Below, piece after piece: positions 27,965 to 42,195 of a DNA stretch of 64,000 bases. Source of the DNA: Octopus vulgaris (lineage: Eukaryota); assembly GCA_951406725.2 (NCBI GenBank), contig OX597842.1, positions 13,950,001 through 14,014,000 on the forward strand, written 5' to 3'. The position numbers and the translations under genes were made by a program. Numbering within the stretch: the first letter of the stretch is position 1; each line of letters opens with the position of its first letter. The notes under the pieces were generated by a model that worked only from the letters and a program-made list of their open reading frames with translations, did not search any database and was not told where the DNA came from.

Positions 27965-28146
27965 AAATATTCAACATTCGGTGGAATGGGTTGCGGGATC
28001 GAAGTCAGTCCCCGAGATGAACAATCTATATTTGTCTGAGAATGGTCACATGAGCATATGCTGCAAATGTCTGATGTAGCATGAGACTCCAAAGAGAAAC
28101 TCATAGAGAGTATCAACACAAACGTCAATTTCAATTGTTGGAACAT
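27965..28146 (-). CDS. First coding exon of an extracellular LRR protein: signal peptide + LRR N-terminal cap (LRRNT)
   Basis: Translates MFQQLKLTFVLILSMSFSLESHATSDICSICSCDHSQTNIDCSSRGLTSIPQPIPPNVEY(L): hydrophobic leader then C-x2-C-x-C...DCSSRGLTSIP, a typical LRRNT. Acceptor ttcttcttttacag precedes 28166, so the exon includes 20 nt of 5'UTR. Donor TT|gtaag at 27964, phase 2. Confidence 0.9.
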
Positions 28147-28406
28147 ATTTTCAGGCGTTGATTAATCTGTAAAAGAAGAAAATACAAAATACCAGAAACT
28201 TCAATGTCAATCCTTTCCCATTGCAAATTCTTCGTAGGACAAGCTTTGGCCCCTGTTCCATGAGATGACTTTATCTTTGATTTCACTTTCAGTTTAATAT
28301 TTAAACTTACGGAACTGAATTCAATGATAATTCAATGTGGTGAACATAAATCATTGAGAGATAACGTCGAAGATAAACTGAACATCAGTCGCCCCTGCAT
28401 ACACAT

Positions 28407-28466
<60 letters not shown>

Positions 28467-28675
28467 TTATATGTGTGTGAGTGCATGTGCATGTGTTTGA
28501 TGTTCTTTCGGTTTTCTTTGTTTTCCTTTCCATCAACATTTCGTCTCTCTTCAGATTCCATGGAGATATTTTGTGGAGGTGCAACACCTAATAACTCCCT
28601 ATCAATAGCCTCACACTCACCTTTCTACCCCCAATTAAAGGAAACCAAAGCGACCTCTGTTGATAACACCACAAC

Positions 28676-28920
28676 CACAACGACGCCATGAACGGTTGAG
28701 GGCCCCTACGCCACAATATCGGCGCCAGAATTGTTTGCTCAGTGCTTCCACGGAAGAGCAAGCTCTTCCCAACTTGCCTGCTACCCAAACCAACAACAAC
28801 GACGCCACGAACGGCTGAGGACCCCAACACCTCAACATCGGAACTGGAAATGTTTGATCTCTGCTTCCTCGGAAGAGCAAGCTCTTCCCAATTTTGCCTG
28901 CTCTCCAAACCAACAACAAT
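28676..28920. repeat. Two tandem ~120-bp units
   Basis: acaacgacgcca(t/c)gaacgg(t/c)tgagg...cggaagagcaagctcttcccaa..ttgcctgct occurs twice. Confidence 0.7.
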
Positions 28921-28989
28921 GCACTAATTTTTTTTCCGACAAAACCTCATCATCTAACACTGATTCCTTGGTGGTGGTGATGGTGGTGA

Positions 28990-29450
28990 TGATGGTGGTG
29001 GTCGTCGTCGTGGTTGTCGTAGTGGTACTGGACGTGAATACCAACGGGATTAGCGCCTTCAGAATAGTGACTGTTTATACCCTGACAGGGGATGGAAGGA
29101 CATATTTCTTTAGAGGTCAATAGAATTTGACGGACGGAAGGACTGTGTAAAGCCAGCACATTTCAAGGTAGGTGTGAAGTCACGAAAACCTTAGAAATTT
29201 CCAGCAGTCTGACAGGTATCGACTGGATTACCCTCTGCGTGTCGGCCTAGGCATGCTCTGGCTGTTGGTGCTCAGACACGCGTTGAGGTTGCGACACCTG
29301 CAACGATTTCTTGACGGAGAAAGTGTGTCAGCACCGTTTGTGAGGCACGTTTTCCCACAGTTCGTTTCCTTGGCAGGGTTGCAGTCCTGGGGGAAGGAAA
29401 GCCCTAAATTCTCTGCCGGGCACCTAGTGTCGTCAGATGTACGCAGCCCT
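28990..29450 (+). mobile_element. Tx1-like ORF2 fragments (endonuclease and post-RT)
   Basis: AFRIVTVY; FQQSDRYR; LRHALRLRHLQRFLDG matches 22640-22700. Confidence 0.55.
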
Positions 29451-29599
29451 CAACTAGTCGAAAACGCATTTGTTGAGTGTCCGAGCATGATAATGAAGAA
29501 AGGACCACCAACGGCTGGCATCACTGTAACGATTGAGTTGGTTATGTTCCACTGTGATTGACACATGGGAAAACCTTTTTTGTCTTCAGGGCTGTCTCA

Positions 29600-30470
29600 A
29601 AAGATAATGAAGTGTCAGACTATCGACAAATAACATATTTACCAATCATGTGGGAACTATAGACATTTTTAGATTATGAAAGATTTTATCAGATGACAAG
29701 AAGGGATGTAAATGTAGGTCAAGTGGGATAACCAATGAGGTTTTGATAGTCAATATGATATTAAGGAACTGCAGAAGAAGGTTAACGGGACTAGGAATAG
29801 CCTGCCTAGATTACAAAAAGACCTATGATATGGTGTCTCACAGCTGGATAGGGAAATACATGGGGTTACTTGGAGTGGCAGTAAGTGTACAAAAACTGTT
29901 AAAAAGAAATATGACAGCCTGGAAACCGGGGTTAACATCTGCGGGAAGGTCATTTGATACAGGGAAAATCTGAAGAGGGATATTTCATGAATATAATCTC
30001 TCACCACTCTTGTTTGTGTAAATACTAATACCTCTGTCGATGGTTTTGAGAAATGGTAAATTTGGATATAATTTTGGAAATGGAGTGGAAGAGGTTAACC
30101 ACCTACAATACATGGACGATGAAAAGCTTTAGAGGAAAAATGAAGATGGACTTGGCACATTTGTGATCACAGTAAGCATTTTCGTAATAACATTCGCATG
30201 GAATTTGGTATGCAGAAATGTATTATTTGATATTGAAGAGGTGGTGAGATAAAATGGAATCAAAGACTTAAAGTTAAATAATCAGTCAAAGTTTAGGCGA
30301 AGTGAGCGATAAAGGTATCTGGGAAGTTTGGAGTCAGATATCAACAACAGAAGCGAAATGAAAGAAACCATTTCGAAGGAGTACTGGAAGATCAGGTTGA
30401 TACTGAAATTTAAGTTAAATTCTAGAAAAATTGTAAAAGTAATGAATTCAAGGGCTGTTTCAATTGCAAG
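29600..30470 (+). mobile_element. R4/Dong-like LINE RT fragment
   Basis: LDYKKTYDMVSHSW...RGIF..NLSPLLFV...NHLQYMDD; followed by a compound (ATT)n tract. Confidence 0.75.
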
Positions 30471-30549
30471 AGGATTGAGATGTCATTTTCAAGCACTGGA
30501 GGTCGTTTGTGTTCCCACCTGCTTTTTTCATGGGGCAAATTTTTTTTTA

Positions 30550-31026
<477 letters not shown>

Positions 31027-31399
31027 AGATATGGATTTAAGCATTTCTTTTGTAGTTTTTTTTTTGTTTCAGCCCAACACTCTTTTGCACTGGACTCTCA
31101 CAAACTAAGCCTTCGCAACACAGGCACTAACGCCTAAACATATAAGAACGGAGCATCTTCGGGTGAGCAAGTTTAATACTGAAAGTGTCTGATACGTTGA
31201 ATCTGAGCAGCGAGGTGATGCCGCTGGGCATTGTGGTGACCCAGCTCCTGAAGACGGGAACGATCAGACAGGTAGCGAGGACTTACCCTGTCAAATGCTT
31301 TAGGCTGATTGAAATTGCCAAAACCAGATCTAGTCTCGATTCACTTACATTACGTTTACATTACGTTTACATTACGTTTAAGGAAAAGAAATTATGTTG

Positions 31400-31998
31400 C
31401 AGTGTACCTATATACTGTGATCCTCAATTGGGCAGGGACGAATGGCCCGTGATCCCAGCCTTGGATAAACCTTGAAACTTATGTTCAGGTCATTTGGGCA
31501 AAGTTGGTGGTATATTATCCACATCGTACAAATGATGTACCGCTCGCGGCGACGCTGGAGAGAGTAGAGTTTCAAGGCTTTAAGGCGGTCCCAATAATCG
31601 AGAGCAGTCATGCCTTCATTTCTTTTAGTGAGTGCCCTCTGGGGTGATTCAATCCTCTTGTATGAGGAGACCACAGTAGGCAGCAGTATTCGAGGTGTGG
31701 CCGTACAAAGGAGGAGCAAAGTCGTATGATTACACCGTGTTCTCTGGACCGGAAGGTACTTAAGATCCAGGAACTCATCCTACGAGCTATATCGACATTA
31801 TTGTTGATGTGTGCACTCCAACTGAGATCGTCATCAACAATTACACCCAGGTCTCTGATATTGTTAGAGGCTGTGAGCGGTTCCGCTGAAGGAAGAGAAT
31901 ATGGCTGTTTTCGCGTGGACTTTCTCCCAAAATGCATCAGCTCAAATTTTCCCTCGTTCTGTTGCATTTTGTTTTTGTCTGCCCATTGACTCACAGCA
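31400..31998 (-). mobile_element. CR1-group LINE, 3' part of ORF2
   Basis: [18 protein letters not shown]...[14 protein letters not shown]...YWDRLKALKLYSLQRRRER. Confidence 0.85.
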
Positions 31999-32062
31999 TA
32001 TATATATATAAGTATATAGTCATGTATACACACACAAACACACACATATATATTTATATATA

Positions 32063-32101
<39 letters not shown>

Positions 32102-32137
32102 GCATATATCCATGTATATATACATCTATATATATAG

Positions 32138-32187
<50 letters not shown>

Positions 32188-32249
32188 AAATATATATTTA
32201 TATATAAGAATATATATTTGCATATATATTTTTATGTATGTATTTGTTT

Positions 32250-32610
32250 TGCTTGTTTCAGCTTAGAGCTGCGGCCATGCTGATGCACCGCCGTTTTGTG
32301 CTACACTGTTATTACGAAGAGCCTCCTCTAATATGTGACACTTGGTGAAGAATGGAGTTTGATATAGCTTCTCTCATTTGCACCTCTGCTTTGAGGTAGG
32401 TTCATCTGGGACTCTCGACAGGAAGATGTCCAGCTTTGATTTAAAAACCGCTACATCTACTTTGTGCAAGTTCCTCAGACTCTTTGGGAGAATATTAAAA
32501 AGCTGTGGGCCCCTGAAACCCAGGCTGTTGCAGAAGCTGGTCCTGAAGCGTGATGGCATTGCTGGGATCTTTGGCACTATGCAGTGTTGTCCCGTTCTAG
32601 CATTGGTGTC
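32250..32610 (-). mobile_element. CR1-group LINE 3' terminus
   Basis: SLGFRGPQLFNILPKSLRN...FKSKLDIFLSRVPDEP followed by a 3'UTR-like tail. Confidence 0.75.
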
Positions 32611-32662
32611 GAGCAAAAACAACACTATTTCTTAAAATAAAAATGACTTATCTTATTCAATA

Positions 32663-32923
32663 AATGCCAGATACGCCGAAACAAAAAATTGTCGATAACC
32701 ATTAAATTTATGCGTCTCGAAATAAACCGATAGAAATCTCTAAAAAATTCATTTATATCTCGCGAATGTGCCGCTGAAGAGAGGAAAATTTCTTGTGAAT
32801 TAACCCCGAAATTGGACCAATATGGTAATAACGAATTTTTTAGAGATTTCTATCGGTTTATTTCGAGAGGCATAAATTTAATGGTTATCGACAATTTTTT
32901 TTTGTTTCGGCGTATCTGGCATT
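32663..32923. repeat. ~88-bp-arm inverted repeat (32663-32750 / 32833-32923)
   Basis: Arms are near-perfect reverse complements. Confidence 0.92.
32770..32826 (+). ncRNA. Type I hammerhead ribozyme motif in the loop of the inverted repeat
   Basis: gccg-CUGAAGA-gagg...cccc-GAAA-uug(gac)caa-UA-uggu. Stem I needs two G-U pairs and stem II has one mismatch. Confidence 0.65.
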
Positions 32924-33041
32924 AGAATTTTTCTTCTGCCCTTTTCTTGTAAATTATGTATAAATTTTACCTTTAAAGGCATTTTTTGATATGCTGACCA
33001 TTGATAAAAATTTTTTCGCGAAACAAATTTTATCCTATATC

Positions 33042-33081
<40 letters not shown>

Positions 33082-35960
33082 TCACGAGTAATATCACCAC
33101 ACAACTATCAGAACACCCCTGCACACTCTTCAGCTCACTGCCCAAACCACACACCATCATGCACACAACGACTCCCACACACATGCACTAACGTATATAC
33201 ATGTGCACACACCATTCAAGCAAACATATTAACTGCTACACACAAACGTTTGAATACACACACATAAACACATGCTATATGCAGCTCCACACACACGTCC
33301 ATACTCGCACACACACACAAATACACGAAACACCATTCTACACAATGCCCGCATTAGGATACTTCTACATATATACATATACACACTCTCTTACGCATAT
33401 TCAGGCCCACATAATTTTAAGCTCCCCTACACATACATTCACACGCACTCGTCCCCTTTTACACACGCACATCCACACACACTTCTTAAATGCACACTCG
33501 CCCTTACGCAACCTAGTTCAGCAGGGGCAGCGTTATTTGCCCCCTTTATCTCAGACTCTTTCTTCCAGAAATTTCATCATGTTCAACCGTTCATTCCTAC
33601 ACATTTTCTCTCTCTCCTTTATTTTCGTTCCCTCTCCATTTTCACCCTGAATCCTTTCTGTCGAAGACCGTAGGTTCTAAACATCAAAGACTTCCCCATT
33701 TTTTCCCGAGCGTCAAACTAATACACCTTCTTGTTGTGCCCTCACCTGTCTTCGTCTTTTGTTTTCTGTAAATTTGTGTGTGTGTGTGTACGTGTGCGTG
33801 TGTGTGTGTTTGCTTAAGATTGGAATTTAGAACTTTTTCTTGTGAAGAGTATCGACTTGTAATCTTTAACTAAGATCTTAATACATAAGCATTACGAAAG
33901 ATGTTTGATGAATACATTTGTGTACACTACACGCCGAGACAAAGGCCGAGTGGCTGCTAGTATATATTACACACACACATATATACATACACATAGCAGA
34001 CTTAATAACATAAGCTAAGAGAAGAATAAGAGAGGGAGGAAATGGAGGAAGCAGAGGCATTGAAATAAACACTGGGTCTACATTGAAGGGAAAATAAGTG
34101 GAAAAACAGCATCAGAAGATCTGACCTCTCTGGCTTTGTTTAAATTCAAAAGTGGTCAACCAGACGTGTAGTCTTGTGAAGCCACATACATCAGATCAAC
34201 TAGAAGACAGATTCACCACAGACTGAAAAAGTATTTCCTCAAGACCACACCACCCAGGGCTTTATTCCAACAATGTCAATGTTGCCAAGGGAAATATCGC
34301 ACCAGGATTATAGAAAGAGACGTAGATGCTATCAACCAATGAATAACAGAGATCCACTTCTTTAGAAGCACAGCACAAAGTTTGAAGCTCTGAAGGGAGC
34401 TAGACGAATGGAATCTTTTACTGCATTCATGAATATTAATCGGCACTTGTCAATTATACACATAATATTAAAAATTATTGTAAAATATTTCCTTTTTTTA
34501 GCTGAAGGCAGATATTTATTGTAGAGAATGCATTAAATTATATGAAGAGAAATATGTGAAGGAGTATGATGTCTGTGGAGAGCTCAACCACTTGCACATT
34601 AATCTCACGAGCAAGCTGTCCTGATGATCGTATCAGCTGGGGCCCTCGTCGTCATAACCGACGGAGTGCTCCTATGTATGTATGTTAATAAATAAGGCAG
34701 TGGAAGTAAGGCAGAGGCCATAGCATCTAAACCTTCGAAAAGGATTTAGATGGGAAGAATAGGAAAAGTATATTAATGGTACTTAATGCTTTTCAACAAG
34801 TGGTGGGATGGTGTGTAAAGGTAATCCAAACAATGTGTCATGGGTGGAGTGTCTTAGATTCAATGTTTGATGGATCAGGGCTGAATTGGGGTTAAATAGC
34901 TACAACCACACCAATACCTCCCTTCGTCTGCAAAATGCATCACCACTATCACCAGGATCACAACCATAATCACTTCCACAATCTACACCACCAACATCAC
35001 CACTAGTAACTATAACACCAACAACAACAACTTCTTCATCAACACTACAACAACCACAACTACTAAGACCCTAAATATGTCTTCTCAGTCCAACACTACG
35101 ATTTATTCAAATGCCTTCCCTTGGACATTTAATGTAATCAGTGCAATACCGTGGTTGGGGAGGCTTGTCTAGTAGTTTATTTATTGACACTCAAAGAATT
35201 TAAATTCAGCTGGATTTGATCTCAGAACAGAGAAGGCTAGAATAATTACTGCAAACATGTCAATTGGCTACCGTGATGACCCGGTAGAAAAAGCAGCAAA
35301 ACCTCCCTCAACTCACACCTTACTATCATAAGAAAGAAAGGATATTGTGAATTATGTGATTACAACATTACTCTCACCGAAATGACAGGATGGTCATGGC
35401 TAGAATGTCTTCTTGACTGGAGATCATCTGGGAGCTAAACACCAACTGGAAATAGTGTAACAGGTAGACATAGCTTCATTTCACCAACCAAACATCTAAC
35501 CAGTTCAGTATGGTTGCACCTCGATGAAGTCATAAAACATCCGGGACAATATATCTGTGGCTGCAATACTGTCATTTGATCAGCTAAATGGGAGGGATGA
35601 TAGCAACAATGACAACGCCAACAACATCACACACGCAAAAACACCACCAAGATATATCAAGATAACTATCGTTAATTTTAGACAGGATCAGTTTTCTCCA
35701 AATAATGTCACACCTGGGATAATTTGATATCGTCATCTAATACCGCCACACCTGAGATGTCAGTCACGTTGTCACTGTGATTTCATTCAATACAATATTA
35801 GTCTACACTCTGCTATCATATTATGTTATGCAACAAATCAATTTCGAAGCCGCTTCTTTATTTTGTGTTCGTTTGAAATCTTTCAAGAATGTTTATCCTC
35901 ATTTCAAATGTCAGACAAAATACTGAATCGGAAAACTGGTAAATTTAAATCTTGTGATGC

Positions 35961-35991
<31 letters not shown>

Positions 35992-36499
35992 TGTATGTAT
36001 GTATGTATGTATGTATGTATGTATGTATGTATGTATGTATGTATGCACGTATGTATGTATGTAGGTATGTGTGTATGTATGTATGTATGCATGTATGTAT
36101 GTATGTATGTATGTATGCATGTATGTATGTATGTATGTATGCATGTATGTATGTATGTAGGTATGGGTGTATGTATGTATGTATGCATGTATGTATGTAT
36201 GTATGTATGTATGTATGTATGGATGTATGTATGTATGTATGCATGTATGTATGAGGTATGTATATAAGTTTGAGTGTATGTATGCATATATATGTATGTA
36301 TGTCTTTTCCATATGTGAAGATAGAGACAGAGAGAGCGACAGAAAGAGACAGAGAGAGAGAGAGAGAAGGAAAGATGAAATTAAAGAAATGAGACCACGT
36401 AAGAGTCATATACAAAATATTTATCCATGTAAATAGAAAGTAACAAAACACTGACTTTTTTCAGACGATGAAACTCCAAATATATATATATATATATAT

Positions 36500-36692
36500 A
36501 GTTAATCCAAACAAGAAGACACAAAAAAACACAGCAACTCGAGGACGTGGAACAAATAAAGAATTATTGGACGCTCGGGAAAGAAGGGAAGAAGGAGGCC
36601 TTAAAGTTTCGAGCGGAGCTCTTCGTCGGAAACATAGGAGAAGGAAAGATCCCGAGAAGGGAAGACAGAGGTGGTGGTACTCACGAGGTCAC
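36500..36692 (-). mobile_element. Short PLE pLTR-like insert with degenerate hammerhead, in (TA)n
   Basis: Reverse complement ccgacgaa-gagc-tcc-gctc-GAAA; absent from the paralogous position in duplicate copy 2. Confidence 0.45.
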
Positions 36693-36925
36693 ATATAGAT
36701 AGATAGATAGATATATACACACACATATACACACATATATATACGCATGTATGTATCTACAAATATATATGTATGTAAAAAAATATATATACACACTTAT
36801 ATATATTATGTATGTACTTGTATGAATGTTTATATATATATATATATATATATGTGCGTGTATGTGCGTATATATGTATGTATATAGGTATATGTATGTG
36901 TATATACGTATATAAGTATGTATGT

Positions 36926-36968
<43 letters not shown>

Positions 36969-37112
36969 CGTATATATGTATATGTATGTGTATGTATCTA
37001 TGTATATGTATGTGTATGTATGTACATATATATGCATGTATAAATATATATGTATGTACGTATACATGCATGTATATATATATACCTTTATGTATGTACG
37101 TATATATGTATG

Positions 37113-37149
<37 letters not shown>

Positions 37150-37160
37150 ACGTATATGTT

Positions 37161-37202
<42 letters not shown>

Positions 37203-37221
37203 TATGCATGTGTATATTATT

Positions 37222-37313
<92 letters not shown>

Positions 37314-38596
37314 AGAGAGAAAGAGAGATAGAGAGAAAGAGTGTTCCGAAACTAAGCCAACCGAAGATTCGAGCTTAAATGACTACAAATGTGATGAGAT
37401 GTAACAGTCATACATCACTATAGAAGTTTTGTGTCCCTTCTTTTTATTGCAGATTTATAAATTAATGGCTAGTCTCTTAATCTCTCTCTCTCTCTCTATC
37501 TATAAACGGCACACCAAGTTTTCAATTATTATTCACCTCTTTTTCCTTTACAAATCTACACTTTTATATAATCATTTTATTTCGTCATCAATTCTGCTGG
37601 TATTTCCACAGAAAGTAGCAATATTTTCTAAATTTAAAGCAAATTATTACATAGACTATTGTTTCAAATACAATATATAAACATAACCTCTAAAAACATA
37701 TTTAAAATCTAATCTTTTAAGACTTCAGAGAATTTCTAAGTCTTGGAATGTCAGGATACAATTTATGAAGTTGAAATATTCAAACATTGCCGTAATTTTA
37801 TAATCAATAAATATATTTCAAATTTAACAATTATATTAGTTTAAAATATATTAAAGATATGGTTTCTGTTGTTGAGGTTTAATTCTCGTCTTGTAACCCT
37901 ATGGACTAAGACGCTCTAGCCATGACCGTCCCATAACTTGTCATTGTCTAACAGGTTTAATTTACGCAGCAGTTTAGAAACTCCGCTGTGCGTTAGTAAT
38001 AGAGTTTATAATAATTCTAGACAATGTAATGGAATTCTCAGAACCCAACCATCTGATAAATAATGTTTAAGATTATGAGAAAACAAATTTAATGCATTCC
38101 ACATTAAAATGTTAACATAGTATAACGATGTGGAGACCGGAATGTAAGCGGTCAACGACTTTTAAAATGTTTAAACAATTCATACTGTTTTCTATAAGGT
38201 GTAAATGTTATTTAAATTACTAGAGCAATTACATTTAGATGCAAAATTAAATGAATATTAAAACAGAAATCGTTTTAAAGAACGAAAGAAAAGATCAATT
38301 AAATGAGTCGTTAAACAAATTTAGAATTCCACTTCAGAATTTAAAAATTCACTGGAAACTACATAAAATAGTGTATAATTAGATGAATATTTTCATTTCT
38401 TTAATTTCCATCAAATTAATTTTTTTCCGTAGTTCTAACTGGAGTATATTTGACTATAAATGTTGTACTTGTAATTTAATGCTTGTAAAATGTATTTAAA
38501 ATAAATACATACATGCATACGTACATACATACATACATACATACATACATACATGTATGCATGCATGCATTCACACATACATACATACATACATTC

Positions 38597-38655
<59 letters not shown>

Positions 38656-39180
38656 GAGGGAGATAAATTGAATATTAATTTAATTAATATCAATTTAAAT
38701 GTTTTGCGATGTAAATGTATTAGTATATTGTTAATTAGAGTAATTATGAAATAATATTCACCAAATTGAAAGTGTTTCGAATTCAGCCTGAAGTTTTTCT
38801 GTCTCTTGAATGTTCACAATATTCAAACAGCAGAGAGATTTTTGACTTCTGCAACGGTCGCTACGCAATTATGAAATGCCAGGACGAAGATTATAAACGT
38901 GTGGGTGTTACTTTGTCCTGTGCGTGTATCTTTGTTTAAACGTGTGTATGTGTAACTATGTATGTTGTACTGTCATGGTATATGATGTATGTGTGTATAT
39001 ATGTCCGTAGTGTGAATGTATGCTTGATTAAAGGTATATGTGTGTATATTGTAGCGTGTGTGTTAGCGAGTAAACAGAGACTGCCTGTCTCAAATAACCA
39101 CATACTGTATTCAGTGTGTGGTTATTTGAGACAGGAATCCCACAACTCTTATTCGTTGCTGCATTCTTTCTTTCTTTCTC

Positions 39181-39230
<50 letters not shown>

Positions 39231-39873
39231 ATCACCAAGGTGGCCAACATCACCACATTCAGTCCATCCATTTCCATACCAATATTTCATCTTCGTAAAC
39301 AAATCTTTTTTTTCTATTTTGTATACGGAAAAAAGTTCAAACAATGATATATTTAAATTCATATATACACACACAAACACAGTCATACATACAGACATAC
39401 ATGCATATATACTTACATGCATGCATGCAGGCATACATACATAGATACATACATACATACATGCATGAATGCATGCATGCATGCATACATACATGCATGC
39501 ATGCATACATACATATACACATATATACATCCATGCATGCATGTACACATGCATACATACATACTTGCATGCATACATGCATGAATGCATGCATACATGC
39601 ATACATACATGCATGTATGCATGCATACTTACATACATACATTCATGCAGACATACATACATACAGGCATGCATGCATACATACATACATACATACATAC
39701 ATACATACATGCTTGCATACATACATGCGTGCATGAATACATACATACATGCATGCATACATACATTCATACATACATACATTCATGCATGCATGCATTC
39801 ACACATACATACATACATACATATATACATACATACGTACATACATGTATACATATATACATACATACATACA

Positions 39874-39919
<46 letters not shown>

Positions 39920-40016
39920 AATAATGAGGGAGATAAATTGAATATTAATTTAATTAATATCAATTCAAAACCAGTAGCCTAGCAAAGAAAAGTCTGAAAA
40001 ATCTGAGAAAATTCTA

Positions 40017-40208
40017 ATACATGTGTATATTAAGGGCTAAACTTCGGTATGTGGACAGCCATATGTTAGAAATAGATCACCTATTATCAAACTACAAAGA
40101 AAGAATGTTTTCTAGGGAACATTCTTTCTTTGTAGTTTGATCGTAGGTGATCTATTTCTAGCATATAGCTGTCCACAAGGTGGTTTTTAGCCCTTAACAT
40201 ACACATGT
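40017..40208. repeat. Long imperfect hairpin (paralog 48406-48597)
   Basis: tcaaactacaaagaaagaatgtt / aacattctttctttgtagtttga core extended outward to tacatgtgt / acacatgta. Confidence 0.85.
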
Positions 40209-40240
40209 ACATATATATATATACACATATATATAGATAC

Positions 40241-40445
<205 letters not shown>

Positions 40446-40539
40446 TTATTTAAGTTTATCGTGAAATGGTCCTTTTTTCGTGCCGAATTTACTTGGTGAA
40501 ATTATTGATTACGTCTTAATTAATTAATTTGACCCTTTG

Positions 40540-40618
<79 letters not shown>

Positions 40619-41120
40619 TATACATATACATATATATATATTTGAAATTTATATCTATGAAACTTTATATATATAGTTGAAATTTATAGAAAAAAGAAGA
40701 ACCGGAGTCCGGTGTAGGAATAATAAGTGTATTAGTTTGATATTCATGAAAAATACATGTGTATGTGTGTGTATGCGTATGTGTGTCTATGTCTCTGCGT
40801 CTGTGTTTGTTTCTTCCTCATCACCGCTTAAAAACCGGTATTGGTGTGTGTGCGCCTCGTAACTTAGCGGTTTGAGAAATAAGACCGATAGAACACGTAC
40901 CAGAATATTTCTAAAACAAATCAGTTCTAAGGTCGATTTGTTCCACTAAAACACTTCAAGGTGTTGCTCTAGCATGGCCAAACTCAAATAAGTGAAACAA
41001 GTAAACGAATAAAAGAATATATACACACTTATATACACACAGAGACATACACAAACACTCATACCTTTTTCGGAAGAGTTGTGGTAACCCTGAAAATTGT
41101 ATAGACTAAGCTCATTTTCT

Positions 41121-41410
41121 GGAGGCACATAGCCTGGTGGCTAGAGCAGCGGACTAGTGGTCGAGGGTCGAGTGTCGCTGGTTCGATTCTCAGACCAGGC
41201 GATGTGTGTGTTTATGAGTGGAACACCTCAGAAGGCAATGGAGAACTTCTGCTGATTCTTTCACCACAACTTTCTCTCACTCTTTCCTCCTGCATCTTGC
41301 AGCTCACCTGCGACGGACCGGGGTCCCGTCAAAGTGGGGAACCTATACGCCAAGGAAACCGGGAAACCGGTCCTATGAACCAGGCATTGCGTGAGAAGGA
41401 ACAAACAACA
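41121..41410 (+). mobile_element. tRNA-derived SINE (paralog 54668-54955)
   Basis: A-box-like tagcctggtgg and B-box ggttcgattc; acaaacaaca tail. Confidence 0.6.
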
Positions 41411-41444
41411 AGTTCAGTATTATTATTATTAATATTATTCTGGT

Positions 41445-42195
41445 CATTCGTCTGTCTTTACGTTCTGAGTTCAAATTCCGCCGAGGTCGACTTTGCCTTT
41501 CATCCTTTCGGAGTCGGTAAATTAAGTACCAGTTGCGTACTGGTGTCGATCTAATCGACTGGTCCCCTCCCCTTGTGTCTAGAGTAGACAAGAAAAGAAT
41601 AATGTAAGGCGGCCAGCTTGCAGAATCGTTAGCACACCGGACCAAATGCTTAGCAGCATTTCGTCCGTCTTTACGTTCTGTGTTCAAATCCCACTGATTT
41701 TGACATTTCCTTTCGATAAGATAAGAAGCCCCTGAGATCTGTGGTCGAAATAATCGATATAGCCCCCTCCCAAAACCTATCGACTTTCTACCAAAACTTG
41801 AAATTCTTATCACTAAATTGAAGATGGAAACTAGGGAGAATCCTTACCGTAACAGTATGCTTATGTCATCTCTTCCTGATCTTTAAGTTCCGAGTTCAAA
41901 TCCTACTGAGGTCAACTTTTATTTCATCTTCCGGGGATCAATAAAAAAAGGTACCAGTGGTGTACTGAGGTCGATGAAATCAACTTTCTCCTTTCTAACA
42001 AAATTGTAGGCCTTGTGCCTAGAGTAGAAAGGATTGTTATTTATTGAGTCGGAGAAAATGATTAACAACCTTTTTTACCGGCTCATTACGTTCTGTGTTC
42101 AAATGACACCAAGGTTGACTTTGTCCGCCATCCTTTAAGGGTCAATATATGAAGAAATAGTCAAGTCCTGAGGTCGATGTGATCGACTTGCTATT
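41445..42195 (+). mobile_element. Tandem cluster of four decayed copies of one SINE family (paralog 54995-55745)
   Basis: Repeated core cgttctgagttcaaat...gaggtcgactttgcctttcatcctttcggagtcggtaaattaagtaccag at about 41460, 41670, 41885 and 42088. Confidence 0.75.

Noticed and set aside
27965-28146. Assigning a gene symbol (Toll-like receptor, slit, LGR/GRL101)
   Set aside because: Only the LRRNT and a few LRRs are visible; the diagnostic C-terminal domains lie outside the window.
34060-34430. Possible GIY-YIG remnant (FKF...CEATYI..TRR)
   Set aside because: Too short and degraded to support without a profile search.
41121-41200. Possible tRNA gene
   Set aside because: A/B boxes are present but there is no complete cloverleaf, and it continues into a SINE body.
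41204-41813. ORFs conserved in both duplicate copies (also 54664-55360)
   Set aside because: They lie wholly in SINE sequence; conservation reflects recent duplication.
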